A stretch of 64,000 nucleotides of DNA from Chrysomallon squamiferum (GCA_012295275.1 CM022677.1:8804001-8868000), one strand, 5' to 3'; counted from the first letter of the stretch, positions 27,851-43,334 are shown. A program made the numbers and translations. The notes: a model not told the origin generated them from the sequence alone.

Positions 27851-30664
27851 TGCTGAAAAACTAAATTAACATCAACCTTACAGTGGAATTAAAATGAATA
27901 TCTATATGGAATTAATAATTAATAATATTCTTCTAAATAAACATCCCTGTTATCTATTTGGTTTGTGTCTGTAGTATCTAGACCAGTAGATATTTTTCGT
28001 TAACATTCGGAAGCAATACGAAATGTTCCCAACATTTATCTAATGGACATCTCTCTCTCTCTCTCTCTCTCTCTCACACTCTCTCTCTCTCTGTCTGTCT
28101 CACACACACACACTCACGCACACATACACACATTGTAATGATAATAATGATACTGATGATGATCATGCTTATAACACAACAACAAAAACAAAACAAATGT
28201 CGACAACAACCACACAAAAACAACAACAATTATAATAAATAAATAAATAAATAAATAAACATATTTAAAAGTTATTCCAATCCATGGTACTTTATTTTCT
28301 TTCACCAAGAAAACTCCACATAGCTTCCTGGCGTAAAAGAACGAACAAACACGAAATTTCACGAGTGACGAAAAACTGCACCGAGTCTAGTCATGACGGA
28401 AATCGACCTGTTTTTCTTTATCGTTAATACTTGCAGTATTTCCTCCGTGATGAATTTAATTCTGAAAATAAATCAACATGATTAAATATGACGGCGCTAG
28501 GCACGTTTTCGCATCAAACAGGGGAGATAATAAGTTATGTTTGTACTGGTCTATCGAACTGTCGTAATGATTGGATTAAACAGGAAGTTGGTCAAATCAG
28601 GGCATCAGATGTCAGTACAGCCAGAAGTGTCAGAGGAATCAGGCGTTATTATTATTAATACTACTGATGATGATGATGAAGAAAATAATAATAATGATAA
28701 TGATGATGATGGTAAAAAATAACATATAACAATAAGAATAACAAGAAGAAGAAGAATATTGAACGTTGTGTCCATGCTTGTACGTTTCCAAAGCGTTTGA
28801 CTTGGGGAGTGAGGACCCCAACTTGTTTAAAACATCATCGGTTTGTACAGCGTTGTTACGCAGTCAGTTTTCTATAGCAGTATAGCTATTACCAAATTAA
28901 AGAAAATATAGAAAGTATTTAGTATAGTAATGAACTTGAAATAACAATTTGAAAGAATAAAAAATATGTTTTGTGGCTTTCGAATGGAAAGAATGGATGA
29001 ATAGTTAGTAAATGTTAATAATGAGTTTTGTTTTCATTTTTGTGTTATTTCGTTTCTTTCCTTTTAGTTTTTATTTTCTCATAAAATTCTTCATCTTTCA
29101 AGTTTTCTGTCTGTTGTTTCAGTTTATTTTAGTTTAATTTTGATTCTTCTTATTTATTTATTTATTTATTTACTGACTTTTTCATTTAATGAAATGAGAC
29201 GAACCAAACTCTAATGGGCAACTTTTATCGATTAACTATTTATAATAGACCTTCTCATATACTGAACAAAATTTACAGATATACGACAGCCTTTGCTTGT
29301 AATAAAGCCTTTTAGAATTTTATTTTTTACCGATATCCTCGTACCAGACTAACTAAATATTATAATTTTTTAATTATTTTTTGGGGGGATTAGCTAGAAA
29401 TATTGTTTATAATAGACCTTCTCACTGGAAAAGTCATTAAGTATTTACATTTCTATATATATATATATATATACTAGACAACCTAACATAATTTTTTATT
29501 AACCTTCAACAAACAGCACGTGACTTGAGGTCTGAATTTTTTTCTGTGTTTACAATCAAAACTGTTCACGTAATCAGCTGCAGCACTTCCGAATTTCCTG
29601 TTATTTTAATGAACTCATTTGTCCAGCGCATAAAGCGAGAATAACAGAAATTAAAATCGGTGAAAATAATTAACAAATAAATCGATCTGTTTAAAAATAC
29701 CCAGAACTAACAAGATTTTGTTTTCCCTTCTTTTTGTTTTTCTGAATGCAGAATTTAGTAAATAAAAATGAAAATCTAACAATGTATTCACAAAAATATC
29801 CGAATGCACCGATTCGTTTTCAGTAAGAAAATATGGATGCGCTAGAACTTCCGGTTCATGCGCTGTTAAGAGGAAGAGAAATCAATGTGGAGACTAACAA
29901 AGATGTTGGGTAATTAATTTAACGTTAAATAACTAAAGGAAGAAATCGTGATGATTTGCAGAAATGCACGCTTCGTATGCGGGTTCACTTCTTTGTCAAA
30001 ATATTAGTGAAACCTGACATCGCTCTTCGATACGATATTTAGCTATTTATAGACCAAATTAGGGTAAAATTGCACGCACTTTAATCTGTTTGTCAGAGGA
30101 CATTCTTCTGGTGAAACTTCCTCCCTTTCAAAATGCCGCTCATATACAACGAAAAGGAATGTCTGGACCATCAGTTGTTTCTGAAACAAAATTCCTCCAT
30201 TTTTGTTTGCGGCAGAAATGTTGATCTATTTAATTTTTTGTTTAATTTTATTTACATTTATTTATTTATTTTTATTTTGTTATTCATATTTGTATCTCAT
30301 TCATCCTCATCATTATTGTCATCTAGGTCATCATCATTATAACCGTTGTAATTGTTGTTGTTTGTCTTTGTCTATCTTTGTCTTTCTATCTCTCCTTCAC
30401 TTTCTCTCTATATTTCAGTCTCTCCGTCTTTCTATCTCTCTCTCTAATCTTCTTCTTCATCAAGACCATCATCATCACATCATCCTCATAACAGTTGTCT
30501 TCCGGTTTTGTTTCTTATTTTTCTTCTATCATTATCATCATCATAAACACATCACCATAACAGTCTTCTTACAGATTTTTCTTCTTCTTCAGTAATCATT
30601 ATTAACGTGGTCTTTAGTGTCTTCGTCATTGTATTTTTACTCTGCATTATTACTGTTATTGTTA

Positions 30665-30710
<46 letters not shown>

Positions 30711-31427
30711 CATCACCTTTATTATTATTGTTGTTGTTGTTGTTATTATTATTATTATTATAATTATTATTTTTACTATTATTATTATTGTAATGCTAAT
30801 ATCATCATCAACATTACCATCATCATTATTATCGTCATCATCTTTTTCATTATTATTCCAGTTACACAGCTTATCTTTCGTTCTATAACACAAAGTAGTC
30901 GTTTCTACTATTAGCTTCAAAAAATTCTCTCTCGTTTTTTTCCTTTGTCTTAATTCTTAAGCGCTCTGGTGCAAACAAACAAGGATCATTTCATTTTAGG
31001 GCGTCCCACGTTAATTTCCTCAAATTTCGCATACCGATTGACAGTTGGGACAAGACAAAAAAAAATGCTCTCTGATTGCATTTAGCGCACCTCCGGTTAT
31101 CCAGTAAGGGACATTTACATATTTACTGCGGAATCACTTCCGCAATCAACGCTGAAACGAGACGGAATGAAGGGAAGGGCCGCGGTGCGCAGACTAACGT
31201 GTCGTCGTTTGAAACAAATGTCCATTGTTTAATAAGTGTTAGGTGAATTTAAGTCTTCCTTGTTTTTCTTCATTTTTTCTTTTTCTTATTACGCTGACAT
31301 ACACAGACAGACAGACACACACACACACACACAAACAAAATGCACTCAAAATGAAGTAAGTTATAAATCTTTCTTAATGTGTCTTTATTTCTAGTAAAAT
31401 ATTAGCAGCAACCCAACAACAATAATT

Positions 31428-31462
<35 letters not shown>

Positions 31463-31510
31463 ATAATAATAATAATAATAATAATAGTAATAATTATGAC
31501 GATGATGATG

Positions 31511-31571
<61 letters not shown>

Positions 31572-31707
31572 TTTGTTAATTTTGTTTTGTACTTTAAAGA
31601 ATACAAGTCTGATGAATGATGGGAAATTATTACATTATTTAAAGATACTGGACGCATATGTTTAAAGATAATGTGTATACTACCACTACTACTGCTGCTA
31701 TATATAA

Positions 31708-31752
<45 letters not shown>

Positions 31753-31829
31753 TGTATGTAGCAATAGCAATAGTAGTGATAGTTATAGTAGTAGGTAGTA
31801 GCTCTAGAAGTAGTAGTAGCAGCAGCAGC

Positions 31830-31862
<33 letters not shown>

Positions 31863-32252
31863 ATCTCTAGGATGTAATCATATTGTTATTATTATTATAT
31901 GAAATTAAGAAAATCTCTAGAGAGAGACTAATGTTCATTACTTAACGCTTTATCAGAACTTTACTTACAATGGTGTTTATTTAATTATTTAAACAGAACT
32001 GTTTACTTTTCTAACGTCATCAACAGAACCAAGGATTTTTTTACTCCGGCCAATGTAGACACAAATATTAAAGGTCAATTAGCTGACCAGAAGCGGTAAT
32101 GTTTAATATTACCTTTCCTGTGACCCTGGCCTTGGCTGTCCTGTCCACTCTGGTTTATGACCAGTCTGGTTTCTCACAGCGTGGACCATTTGTGTGTGTA
32201 TGTTATGACCCTAGTTATTAAACGTTATTGTGAAGTGTTGTGTAAACATTCA

Positions 32253-32398
32253 CATTGGTACCTTGACTTACGAGTTTAATTCGTTCCGTGACCGAGCTCA
32301 GTTTGCTCGTATATCAGATCAATTTTCCCAACTGAAATTAATTGAAATACCATTAATCCGTTCCAGTCTTTATAAAGTGTTTTTAATCCGTTCCAGTA
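32253..32398 (+). mobile_element. Truncated copy of the Tigger-type MITE
   Basis: TGGTACCTTGACTTACGAGTTTAATTCGTTCCGTGACC...GAAATTAATTGAAATACCATTAATCCGTTCCAG is shared with 13554-13801. The right TIR is absent. Confidence 0.65.
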
Positions 32399-33895
32399 TA
32401 AATGCAAATATTGTATAAAACCAAAACCATGGACAGCAAGGTTAGGGTTTCTCCATCTTTTTGGACAGAGGTTCGCAGCTTACAAATTATATTAACCCCT
32501 TTGGCTGAGTTATAGTTTTTAATCGACTCTTTTTCTTTCAGTATGGTACATATCGTAAAAATACTGGAGTTTATAGCAGTACTAGAACAGTAGTAATAGC
32601 AATGATGGGGGTTTATAGTAGTATTAATATAGAACTAATCGTTGGTATAGAGGTGATGGTGGTGGTATTAGTAGTTATATTTATTTCCTGTGTTATTACG
32701 TTCTAAAGTTACTTGTAATGATCTGTTTCCTACAAACTGAATTATTAAGAGACATATTAATAGAATACTGCCATATTATTATTATTATTGTTGTTGTTGT
32801 TATTGTTATTGTTGTTGTTATTGTTAGTAATATTTTAGTGATACTAATATTAAGTGCAGAAACAGTAATAGTCGTCGTAGTATTATTACCAGAAATCACA
32901 GAAATAGCAAATAGCTGTCACCATGGCAGCAGAAGTGATAGACTATTAGTAGAAACAGTAACATAGCACTACTATTAGTACTAATAGTAGTAGCATTGGT
33001 AATAGTAGTGGTAGTAGAAGTTATAGTAGTAGTAGTTGTAGTAGTAGAAGAAGAGTAATGGTAACATTAATAATATGAAATAGTTTAGTAGTAGTAAAGT
33101 AGTAGATAATAAAATAGTAGTTATTATAGTAATAGTAATAATAGAATGTAACAGCAGAAGTAATAGTACTAATATTAGTTGTAATAGCAACTATAGAATT
33201 AGTAGCAATTACTAAAATTACTATATAAAAATTAAAAATAAATCTAAAAAAACAAAACAACGAAACAACAAAAAAACAATTTCCTTAATTTATTTCGTTA
33301 TTCCGTTGCTATGCAATGCCGCTCTCATACGATGCGTCACGAAGGCAGCCGACAAATAATTACATAAGGCGGAACTAACATAGCAACAGAAAAAGTTAAC
33401 TTTTGAGATTGACAAGTGTCGAGAGCCAATGAGAAGAGTAAACAAAAATGTCAATCAACAAACATGCTAATTACATAAAGAAGGCGGGGAAGATAAAAGG
33501 CGTGCTTGAAATGAAAGAGCAATGTTTTCAACAAAAATAACGTAGACATCTCGGAAAACCACTAAATATTTTCATTTCTATTTTTTTTTTTTCCATTTTT
33601 TTTTTTAATAATTTTTATTTTTATTTTTATTATTATTTTGTTTTTCCTAACTTCAATGAGAACAGTTTTTGACACAGCATTTCTTAAAAAGATGACTGTA
33701 TTGATTCCAAAAATAATGATATATGACACAAAATAAACAGATATCTACCTGTCTATATCTATGTCTGTCTGTATCCTCTCTATCTCATTCTCTGCATTTA
33801 TCTGAACTCTCTTACTATCTTTCATACTATCTGCTTCTTATTTTCTCTATGCAATACTGTTCTTTCTCTTTCTTTTTGTCTCTCTATTTCACTGT

Positions 33896-33973
<78 letters not shown>

Positions 33974-34386
33974 CTCTTTCTCTGACTTTTTCGTCTGTTT
34001 TTTCTCCGTTCATTACCTCTCTTTTCGCACTCTTTCTCCCAGTCTTATTTATCTCTTTTTGTTTCCTTCTCTCACTTTTCTAGCTGGATAACGTCCTCGC
34101 TTATTGTTCGTTCCTTCATTCACTTTATTTTCTTTATTTTCTCTATTATTTTCTGTCTTTCTCTTCATTTTTCATTCCTTCTCATTTTCTTTCAAATATC
34201 ACCTACTTCATTTCTACAAGAAATCTAACGTGACTTCCAAACTGTTCTGCATACATAGGAAAGTTAACACAACACTTCCTTATTCAACAACAATAACCAA
34301 AAACTTTGTTCTTCTAATTTGAATACAACACATTTCTGACCTTCGACGTTTTCCTAATATTGAGAATGAAATTTACAAACAGCGAG

Positions 34387-34489
34387 TATTTACCTCTCAG
34401 TCGTTCTGTATGGAACTGTATTTACCTCTCAGTCGTTCTGTATGGAACTGTATTTATCTCTCAGTCGTTCTGTATGGAACTGTATTTAC
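34387..34489. repeat. 32-bp tandem repeat, 3 copies
   Basis: TATTTACCTCTCAGTCGTTCTGTATGGAACTG repeated three times. Confidence 0.9.
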
Positions 34490-35830
34490 GAAACTGTGCT
34501 TTTTCCAGCGCGGCATGTTTGAAAGAAAATTAGCGAGTAACTCGGAGTAAATATTTTCCAACGGGGCTGACTTGTAGGCGATATTTTGATTAAGTCAGAA
34601 TCTGTGAGTAGTCTTTTGTGTTAATACTACGTTGGTTAATAAATATAAAAATATTTCATGTTTGTGTTAGTTTTGTAGTATTAATGAAAACCTGAAGTCG
34701 AAGGAAAAGATGAAAATCCAAGAGAAAAATAGAAATTTTTTTTTTATATATTTTTTTTATTCTTTGGAAATGTTTAATTTTAAGTGTTTTATGAAATATG
34801 CTAAGAATTGTGCACCTTATTATTTTTCCTTTATTATTTTTAAAATTCTTTTATCATTATCGTCATCATCATCATCATGATTTTTATTAAATTTATGATG
34901 ATGATCATCATCATCTGATATGATTATCGCTTTCGTCATCATCATTAACCTGTCGTGTTTCTTAATATTACCATTATCATTATCATCATCATTAACGTTG
35001 TCGTCTATTTTCTCTAACATCATCATCATCATCTTTATTAACACTACAGTTTTTATTAACTTTATCATCATCAGCATCATTTTATGCTTTCATTTTTATT
35101 ATCTTTATCATTACCATCATCATCATTATTATCATCATTAATCTTGACGACTTTACAAACATAATCATCATTTACGCCGTCGTCTTTTTAACTTTATCAT
35201 CATCATCATCCGATTTTATTGTCACTCTCATTATCGATACGAAAACTGCAGCTTTCGTCATGTCGGCATCATCATCATCAGCAGCAGCATCAGCATGAAG
35301 AAGAAAGACATTCATATATTCATATTCTTTCATTCTGAAAACGAACAGAAACAGCGGACATTTTCTAAATGTAAATTTAAAATAAAAATAATAATGGCTT
35401 CCAATTTCGACACAAATTAGAAATTCAGTATTTTGTTTTCTTGCTGTCTACAAAATGTTTGCTTTAATTTTTACCTTCCACAACACACAGGCGTTGTCGT
35501 TTGACTGTTTGCATCATTTAACCTTGGCAGAACAATGGCTAAAACCAGGCAAGTGTTATTTTTAGATTAGCACGTGTTTGTCGTCTGTTAGGTAACCTCG
35601 GCGACAACGGAGAATAACTAGTGAACGTGACAACATAGAAAATTAATTTACACGATATATTTTTGTGTTTGAATAGCTGCAATGCTGATCTTAATAAAAT
35701 ATTAAAAATTTCTCTTGCACTTAATGATATACAAATATCGATAATGAATGAATGGATGAATGGATAAATATGTAACCATTTTGCGTTGGCTAGGTGCATT
35801 TTAATATTAGATGTTACCCGGTTATCGCCC

Positions 35831-35909
<79 letters not shown>

Positions 35910-35917
35910 GTGGAGAG

Positions 35918-36035
<118 letters not shown>

Positions 36036-36139
36036 ATGCGAATATTCGACAGATACAGAAACAGAGGTGTGTTTGTGGCTGTGTATGTGTATGTATGTGT
36101 GTATATACATACATACATACATACATAAAATTATATAGT

Positions 36140-36237
<98 letters not shown>

Positions 36238-36630
36238 AAATATGAGTAAAAGTGATTAAGAACCCACCACCGTACATACACTCAGAGTACATTACAGATG
36301 TTTTATAATTTCCTAATAATAAAATATAACAAATATCAAATTTGCTTTTACTACTTCTGACAAGTTCAGCGGTAATTTACTAGCGACACCTAGTGTGATA
36401 TGGGTCATAATTAACACGTACTGGTGTTGACATCAAAAATTGGATATTATCTCCCTTATTAAACTCTCTACGCTACGACAGATCGACCGAATTTCGCATT
36501 AAATGTCAACCTTTATTACTGCTGTCGACGTTATCATCTAATGATATCTGTTTTCATACGTTTATCTCTGTGAAATAAAACATAAAAATTAATTTGATAT
36601 CATTATTGATGCGTTTTTCTGGGTCGTTTA

Positions 36631-36680
36631 TTGCGAAACATTCGCTATATAACTAAGGATGTTTTCTGTGATCGTCACTT
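36631..36680 (+). promoter_or_regulatory. Core promoter of antistasin copy A (TATA + Inr)
   Basis: TATATAA at 36646-36652 lies 31 bp before the A of an Inr-like TCACTT (36675-36680), and that A is 47 nt upstream of the ATG. A C/EBP-like TTGCGAAA is at 36631. Confidence 0.6.
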
Positions 36681-36723
36681 CGGTTTTCTCCATTTCCGAC
36701 AATTATCGAACACTCACGAAAAG

Positions 36724-37939
36724 ATGCAAGTCTTTTTTGTTATCGCTGTCTGTCTGGTTATTTCTGCGGAAGGTAAGTTTTGTTTTTCTCATTTATTTAT
36801 TTGTTTATTTATAGAGAATAATATTATTAGTTTAAAAGAGAGGGTAATAATGGTTTTAAAAAACGAATAATAATAATAGATTTAACCTATTCCTTGAGAG
36901 TAGTACATCAATTATTAACATCCTTGTCGCCTACAAAATCTATACAGCAAAACAATTTATATATTTATTGTTTTTTTTAATTGTAAACTGTTCTCAAAAC
37001 GGTCTTTTGAGATCTAAAGCTGCAATTAACCTGTATCAAAATAATTGTGAACAATAAATAAAAAATGATTTATCTTGCAAGTAAATTGATATTTGATATA
37101 TGTATCGTATACACATGAAATTTGCAAACGTGGCCTTACCGTCCCAAGTTAACCACAGAATATGGCTGGCTCCGCCGAGAATTCGCATTTTATTGAACAA
37201 ACGAAAGGCAAAGACTAGTGTTTCATTCTCTGTTCAAATTTATCTTTTATTTAGGAAAATAAACATTTTTACACCAACTTGTAACAAAACAAAACAAAGT
37301 TACAAAACAGAGAGAACGAGTCTTGCTCGATCTCGTACTTATAACAGACTGCTGTTGCTATTGCTACATATGTACCGTCTATTACTACTGCTATATTACT
37401 TCTACTAATAAAACTGCTACTACTACTAGTACTGCGACTACTATTTGCTCTCTTATTACTACACTTTGTTTATTAGTGCTACTACTAGTACTAGTACTAG
37501 TGTTACTATAACCACTGCCGCTACTGTTACATCATCTATCCGAAAATGCTCTGAATACAACTACAACTACTAATATATTACTACTACTACTACTATTACT
37601 ACTACAACTACAACTACTACTACTACTAACTACTGCTACTATTACTACTGCCGCTACAACTATACAACTGCTGCTACTATTGCAGTACTACTGCTACTGC
37701 TACTACTACTACGGCTGCTACTACAACACTACTACTACTGCTACTGCCGCTACTACTACTGCTCATACTACTACTACTACAATTCCTTCTAGCAATCTAT
37801 ATTTCATAATTTTGTTGTTCTGTTTTTAACAGGCGGCTTGATCGAAAGCAAAAGAGGTAAGTAAAAAAGTTTCTATAAAAAAAGTTTCTATAGTATTAGA
37901 TTTAATAATAATAATAAAAATATTAAAAATATTAATAAT

Positions 37940-37986
<47 letters not shown>

Positions 37987-38253
37987 TAAGGAAATGGCAA
38001 AAGATTACAATATTATTATTATGAGTTTAACAATATAGCCAGTTTGGTTTTTTTTTTTTTTTAAAACGAGTTTAATAAAATTATTTCAAGTATATATATA
38101 TATATATATATGAATAAAATTTGTGTTTCTAGAATGTGGCCCAGTTTGCGCCATGTACTGTCAATATGGAATGAAAATTGATGAAAACGGATGTCCTATC
38201 TGTCAGTGCAACACAAAAGAAGGTAAATAAATAAATAAACACCAACAAAAACG

Positions 38254-38310
<57 letters not shown>

Positions 38311-38981
38311 TTTATTTATTCTACAGAAGCTGAGTCCAAGAAAAGGAATGTACCAGGTAAGAGAAACACACGCAGTCACACACACACACACACTCATACA
38401 CAGACACGCACAACATTCAGAGAAAAAACAAAACACACAAACAGCCTCATACGCACATACTGCACAGAGCCGCAAAAGGACAAAATCACGCATGCACGCA
38501 CAAACAGCAAGTTTATAAAATACATACAGACACTTACAGAGAGACATAAAATACATATATACACAAATTCACACACAAACACACACACACACACACACAC
38601 ACAAACTCATATAGACATATACACAAACGTATGCAGACAAGCACATATTACTACTACTACTACTACTACTACTATTACTACTACAACTAGTACATTACAG
38701 ATACTTCTGTATTCAGAAATATACTTCACATGTAGAAACAGTTTTGTGTGTTTTATTCAGACTGTGGACCTGTGTGTATGATGTACTGCCAGTACGGGAT
38801 GAAGCTCAATGATGAAGGATGTCCAGTCTGTGAATGTAACCCCGCACCACGTAACTAAAATCTTTCGTCTGGATAGAATTATTTTCATTACGAAAACGTA
38901 CATTATAATAAAAACAACAGCAATAAGATAACTACTACTATTACTACTACTACTACTACAAATAATAATAATAATAATATT

Positions 38982-39039
<58 letters not shown>

Positions 39040-40248
39040 GCTACAGTTAATTATACATATATATTTATATATATTCTACAGAAGCAACCGAAAGCAGAAG
39101 TGCACCAGGTAAGAATGAAAAATACAATCATTACTATATTTATAAATTCATTATTAACTACATACCTACATAACCTTCCATTATTAACTACATACCTCTC
39201 TATCCATCTCTCTATCTATCTATGCATCTACCTAGTTGTTGTTTTTGTTGTTACTAGCATGTGGACCGGTGTGTTACATGTATTGCCAGTACGGAAATAA
39301 ACTTGATGAGAATGGGTGTCCTCTCTGTCAGTGCAACACGCAGGAAGGTAAATAAATATACAAATAAATAATTAAATAAATCAATAAATCAATAAATAAA
39401 TATACAAATAAATAAATAAATAAATAAATATACAAATAAATAAATAAATAAATATACAAATCAATAAATAAACAAATAATAAATAAATATATCAATAAAA
39501 TAAATAAATAAGTAAATATATAAACAAACAAACAAATAAATTAATTAATTAATTAAACTGTAGTAATAATAAAATTCTAATGTGACTGATGACCTCCATG
39601 ATGATGATGGTGATGGCGATGATAACAAAGCTTTTAATAATTAATTATAATATATCTTCATCAAAAACGTTTGGGTATCTTTTGTATATCCAAATACCCA
39701 TGTACACCATGTGTTTATAATATTTTGTTTTTAACATATTTTTGTCTATTACAGAAGTTGAGGCCAGCAAGAGAGATGCAGGTAAGAAAGTGAAATTACA
39801 TACAGACCCAGCACGTACAGACAGACAGATAAATATACTTCTCACTACTGCTACTGCTACTAATACAATTAGTTATTATTGTTATTATTGTTTGTTGTTG
39901 CTGTTGTCTCTCTGTTTTTTGTTCTTATTATTGTTATTATTGTTGTTGTTATTGTTGTTATTGTTATTACTGTTGTCATAATAGTGTGTGGGCCGGTGTG
40001 TAACATGTATTGTGAGTACGGGATGAAACTCGATCAAGATGGATGCCCCCTTTGTGAATGTAACGCCGCTCCAACACGTAACTAAATTCTTGTCAATTAT
40101 TTTGATTATGAATCTTGTGTAATGAATGTACTAATAATCAGATTATAATAAACTAATATTAATAAATAAAATAATAATTAAATAAATATAAAAAGGAAAG
40201 AATAAAAGGCATAAAGAAGTAAGCCAGCAACTTATTTACCCTAAGCGT

Positions 40249-40301
<53 letters not shown>

Positions 40302-42635
40302 GACACACACACACACACACACACACAACAAATAGTATTATTATTACTAGTGTGTGGACCTGTGTTATCTCGTTTTCGTTTAAAGAAGATCATTATATTT
40401 CATCTGAATTATTTCAAAACATTTAATTTTCTTTTTGCAGAGGTGAAAAGGCAAGCCAAAGGTAAGCTACATTATTTTTAATTTAAAACAGAAATCGATT
40501 TAAATGAAATCACTGCCGTCGTTCAGCTGACGTTGATGTTTACTTTTGTTTGTTTCTTTTTTTTTAATTGTTTATTTACCATGTTGTCATTATTATTATA
40601 ATTATTAGTATTAGTATTAGTATTATTATTGTTATTATTATTATTGTTATTGTTATTATTGTTATTATTATTGTTATTATTGTTATTGTTTATTATTATT
40701 GTTGTTGTTAATATTATTATTATTGTTATTATTATTATTAGTAGTAGTAGTAGTTATTATTATTATTATTGTTGTTGTTGTTATTGTTATTGTTATTGTT
40801 ATTGTTATTACTAGTGTGTGGACCTGTGTGTATGATGTACTGCCAGTACGGGATGAAGCTCAACGATGAAGGATGTCCAGTCTGTGAATGTAACCCCGCA
40901 CCAGGTAAAACCTTTATAATGTTTCCTTTCAGTACAACAGCAATAAACAAACATGAATGCATTATGATCTTTCGTTTTCAAACATCAAACAAACAAGCAA
41001 TTAAAACTGTGGATAAATAAATAAATAAATAACCAAAGAAAGAATTATATTAAAATATTTAATTTTCTTTTTTCAGGGATGAAAAGAGATTCGACAGGTA
41101 ATTTCATTTAATTACTTTTAAACTAATGCTTTGAAACAGAACATCGCATCAGAGGTTCTGGGGTCAAATCCCGTCGAGACCATGTTAAAGATTGTTTATA
41201 ATTTTGATATGTATAACAGACAAATACAAAAATAAATACATATATATATATTAAAAAAGTTTATAAGGTTTTTTTTAAATAACTGTTGCTTGCAAATAAA
41301 TTAAAATAAAGTGATAAAACTTGTGTTTGTTGAGTGTGCCCTGTTGCTTTAGATAACGAAAAGAACACCATTTGTCATATCGCACGCCGCTATGTATACT
41401 GCACGTGCAAACGAGGTGCCTTAGTGCTGTTGCAGAAGCGCGCGCAATACGGATGTATTGAAATGACATTCTGATGCACTGAACCAACATCATCCAGAAA
41501 CAATAGGAAGAATTTATTCTGTTATAAAGTGTCGCGTCCAAGCTTAAAAGAAAATCAACGACATGAAACAATGGGACGACTTTACGCCGGCCAACGCGTT
41601 CACGACGTCGCTCAGTACTTTCGTGACAATATCACGTCTCCGACTTCGTGTACATCGAACTGGACAAGTGCGAGATCGACCACGTTCTGGTAGAACACGA
41701 TTAACTCCTCCAAGGGAAGATGACGTCATCACTACGACACAGGTTCGAAAGTGCGCCACGTTCAGCCCGTACACTGCAGCAAACCACAGGACTAGAATTC
41801 ACGCTCAAACTGTCCGTAACCGTCTCCACGCTGCTGGGTTACAAACACGTCATCCTGTTGTAGTGTTCCCCTGACAGCGCGTCACGTTCAGAACGTCTGA
41901 GATGGGCCAGAATACACCAGGTTTTGTGTTCACTTTGCGGACGATAGGTGTAATGTATGGAGGCGACGGGGTGAACGATATGATGCAGACAACGTCATTG
42001 AGCATCACCGATATGACGGTGGCAGCGTCATGGTCTGGGCCGGCATTCATGGCTGAGGTAACTCAGAAAACATGACTGTTCAACGTTACTGCGACGAGAT
42101 CATTACACAGTGGTCATTCCATTCCTGCAGCAGCATCCTGGCTTTCTGCTTCAACATGACAACTGGAGACCACAACACACCGCTAGACTAACCTCTAATT
42201 TTCTTGAGCGGAACACATCCAAGTGTTGAACTGGCCACCAATGTCCCCTGACTTGTCCCCAGTTGAGTACGCATGGCACCTAGTGGGCCGTTGGGTACGC
42301 AACATTCATCCTCATATCCTTAATACGACCTACAAATGGTTGAACGGGAATGGAACGCAGTTACTGAGATTACTGTTCATTATAAGCATGAGTCGACGAT
42401 GTCTGCTGTTATCATTGCCGCTATTATTATTGAGTTCTATCACCAGTTTGGTAGATGCACCCCCAGTTTTATCAGTTACATTAAAGAAACTAGTTTATAC
42501 CGTGACAACGTGTTACTGCATTCTGAAATGTACAAATAATTCAACATCCAATCGAATATATTAACTGTTAACATTACTACTAACTTTTTTGTCCACTTTA
42601 GTTTTAACCGCAAGACAAAAAACACCTCCCTCCCT

Positions 42636-42725
<90 letters not shown>

Positions 42726-42762
42726 ATCATGTGTGTTTTCTGACTGTCTGCAAGACAAAAAC

Positions 42763-42846
<84 letters not shown>

Positions 42847-43239
42847 TTGTGTGTCTATCTGACTGTCTGCCTCTATATGGCTGAACCTCTCTTTCTCTCT
42901 TTCTGTCTATCTAAGAAATTACAGATATTATTTTTCGTTTAAACCATTTATTTATTTATTTACATATTTATTTATTTATTTGTTTGTTTATTTATATATT
43001 TTGTGTTTGTTTGTTTGTGTATTTACATATTTATTATTTATTTATTTATTTGTATATTTTATTTATTAGAATGTGGTCCACTCTGTCGTAATTACTGTCC
43101 CTGGGGTCGGGTGAAGGATGAGAATGGGTGTGACACCTGTGAATGTTATCCTAAAAGAGGTAAACACTTTTTTTTTTAATCATTACACATACCTTATTAC
43201 ATATATCCATACACACACATCCACAAATATATGTGCTCT

Positions 43240-43276
<37 letters not shown>

Positions 43277-43289
43277 TATATGTGCTCTT

Positions 43290-43334
<45 letters not shown>

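Noticed and set aside
36631-36870. 79-aa ORF MRNIRY... as the gene start
   Set aside because: It begins at a TTG upstream of the TATA box and runs into intron 1. The real start is the ATG at 36724 with a donor at 36773.
40895-41097. C-terminal amidation signal after domain 5
   Set aside because: The sequence is G-M-K-R, not G-K-R, so there is no amidation motif.
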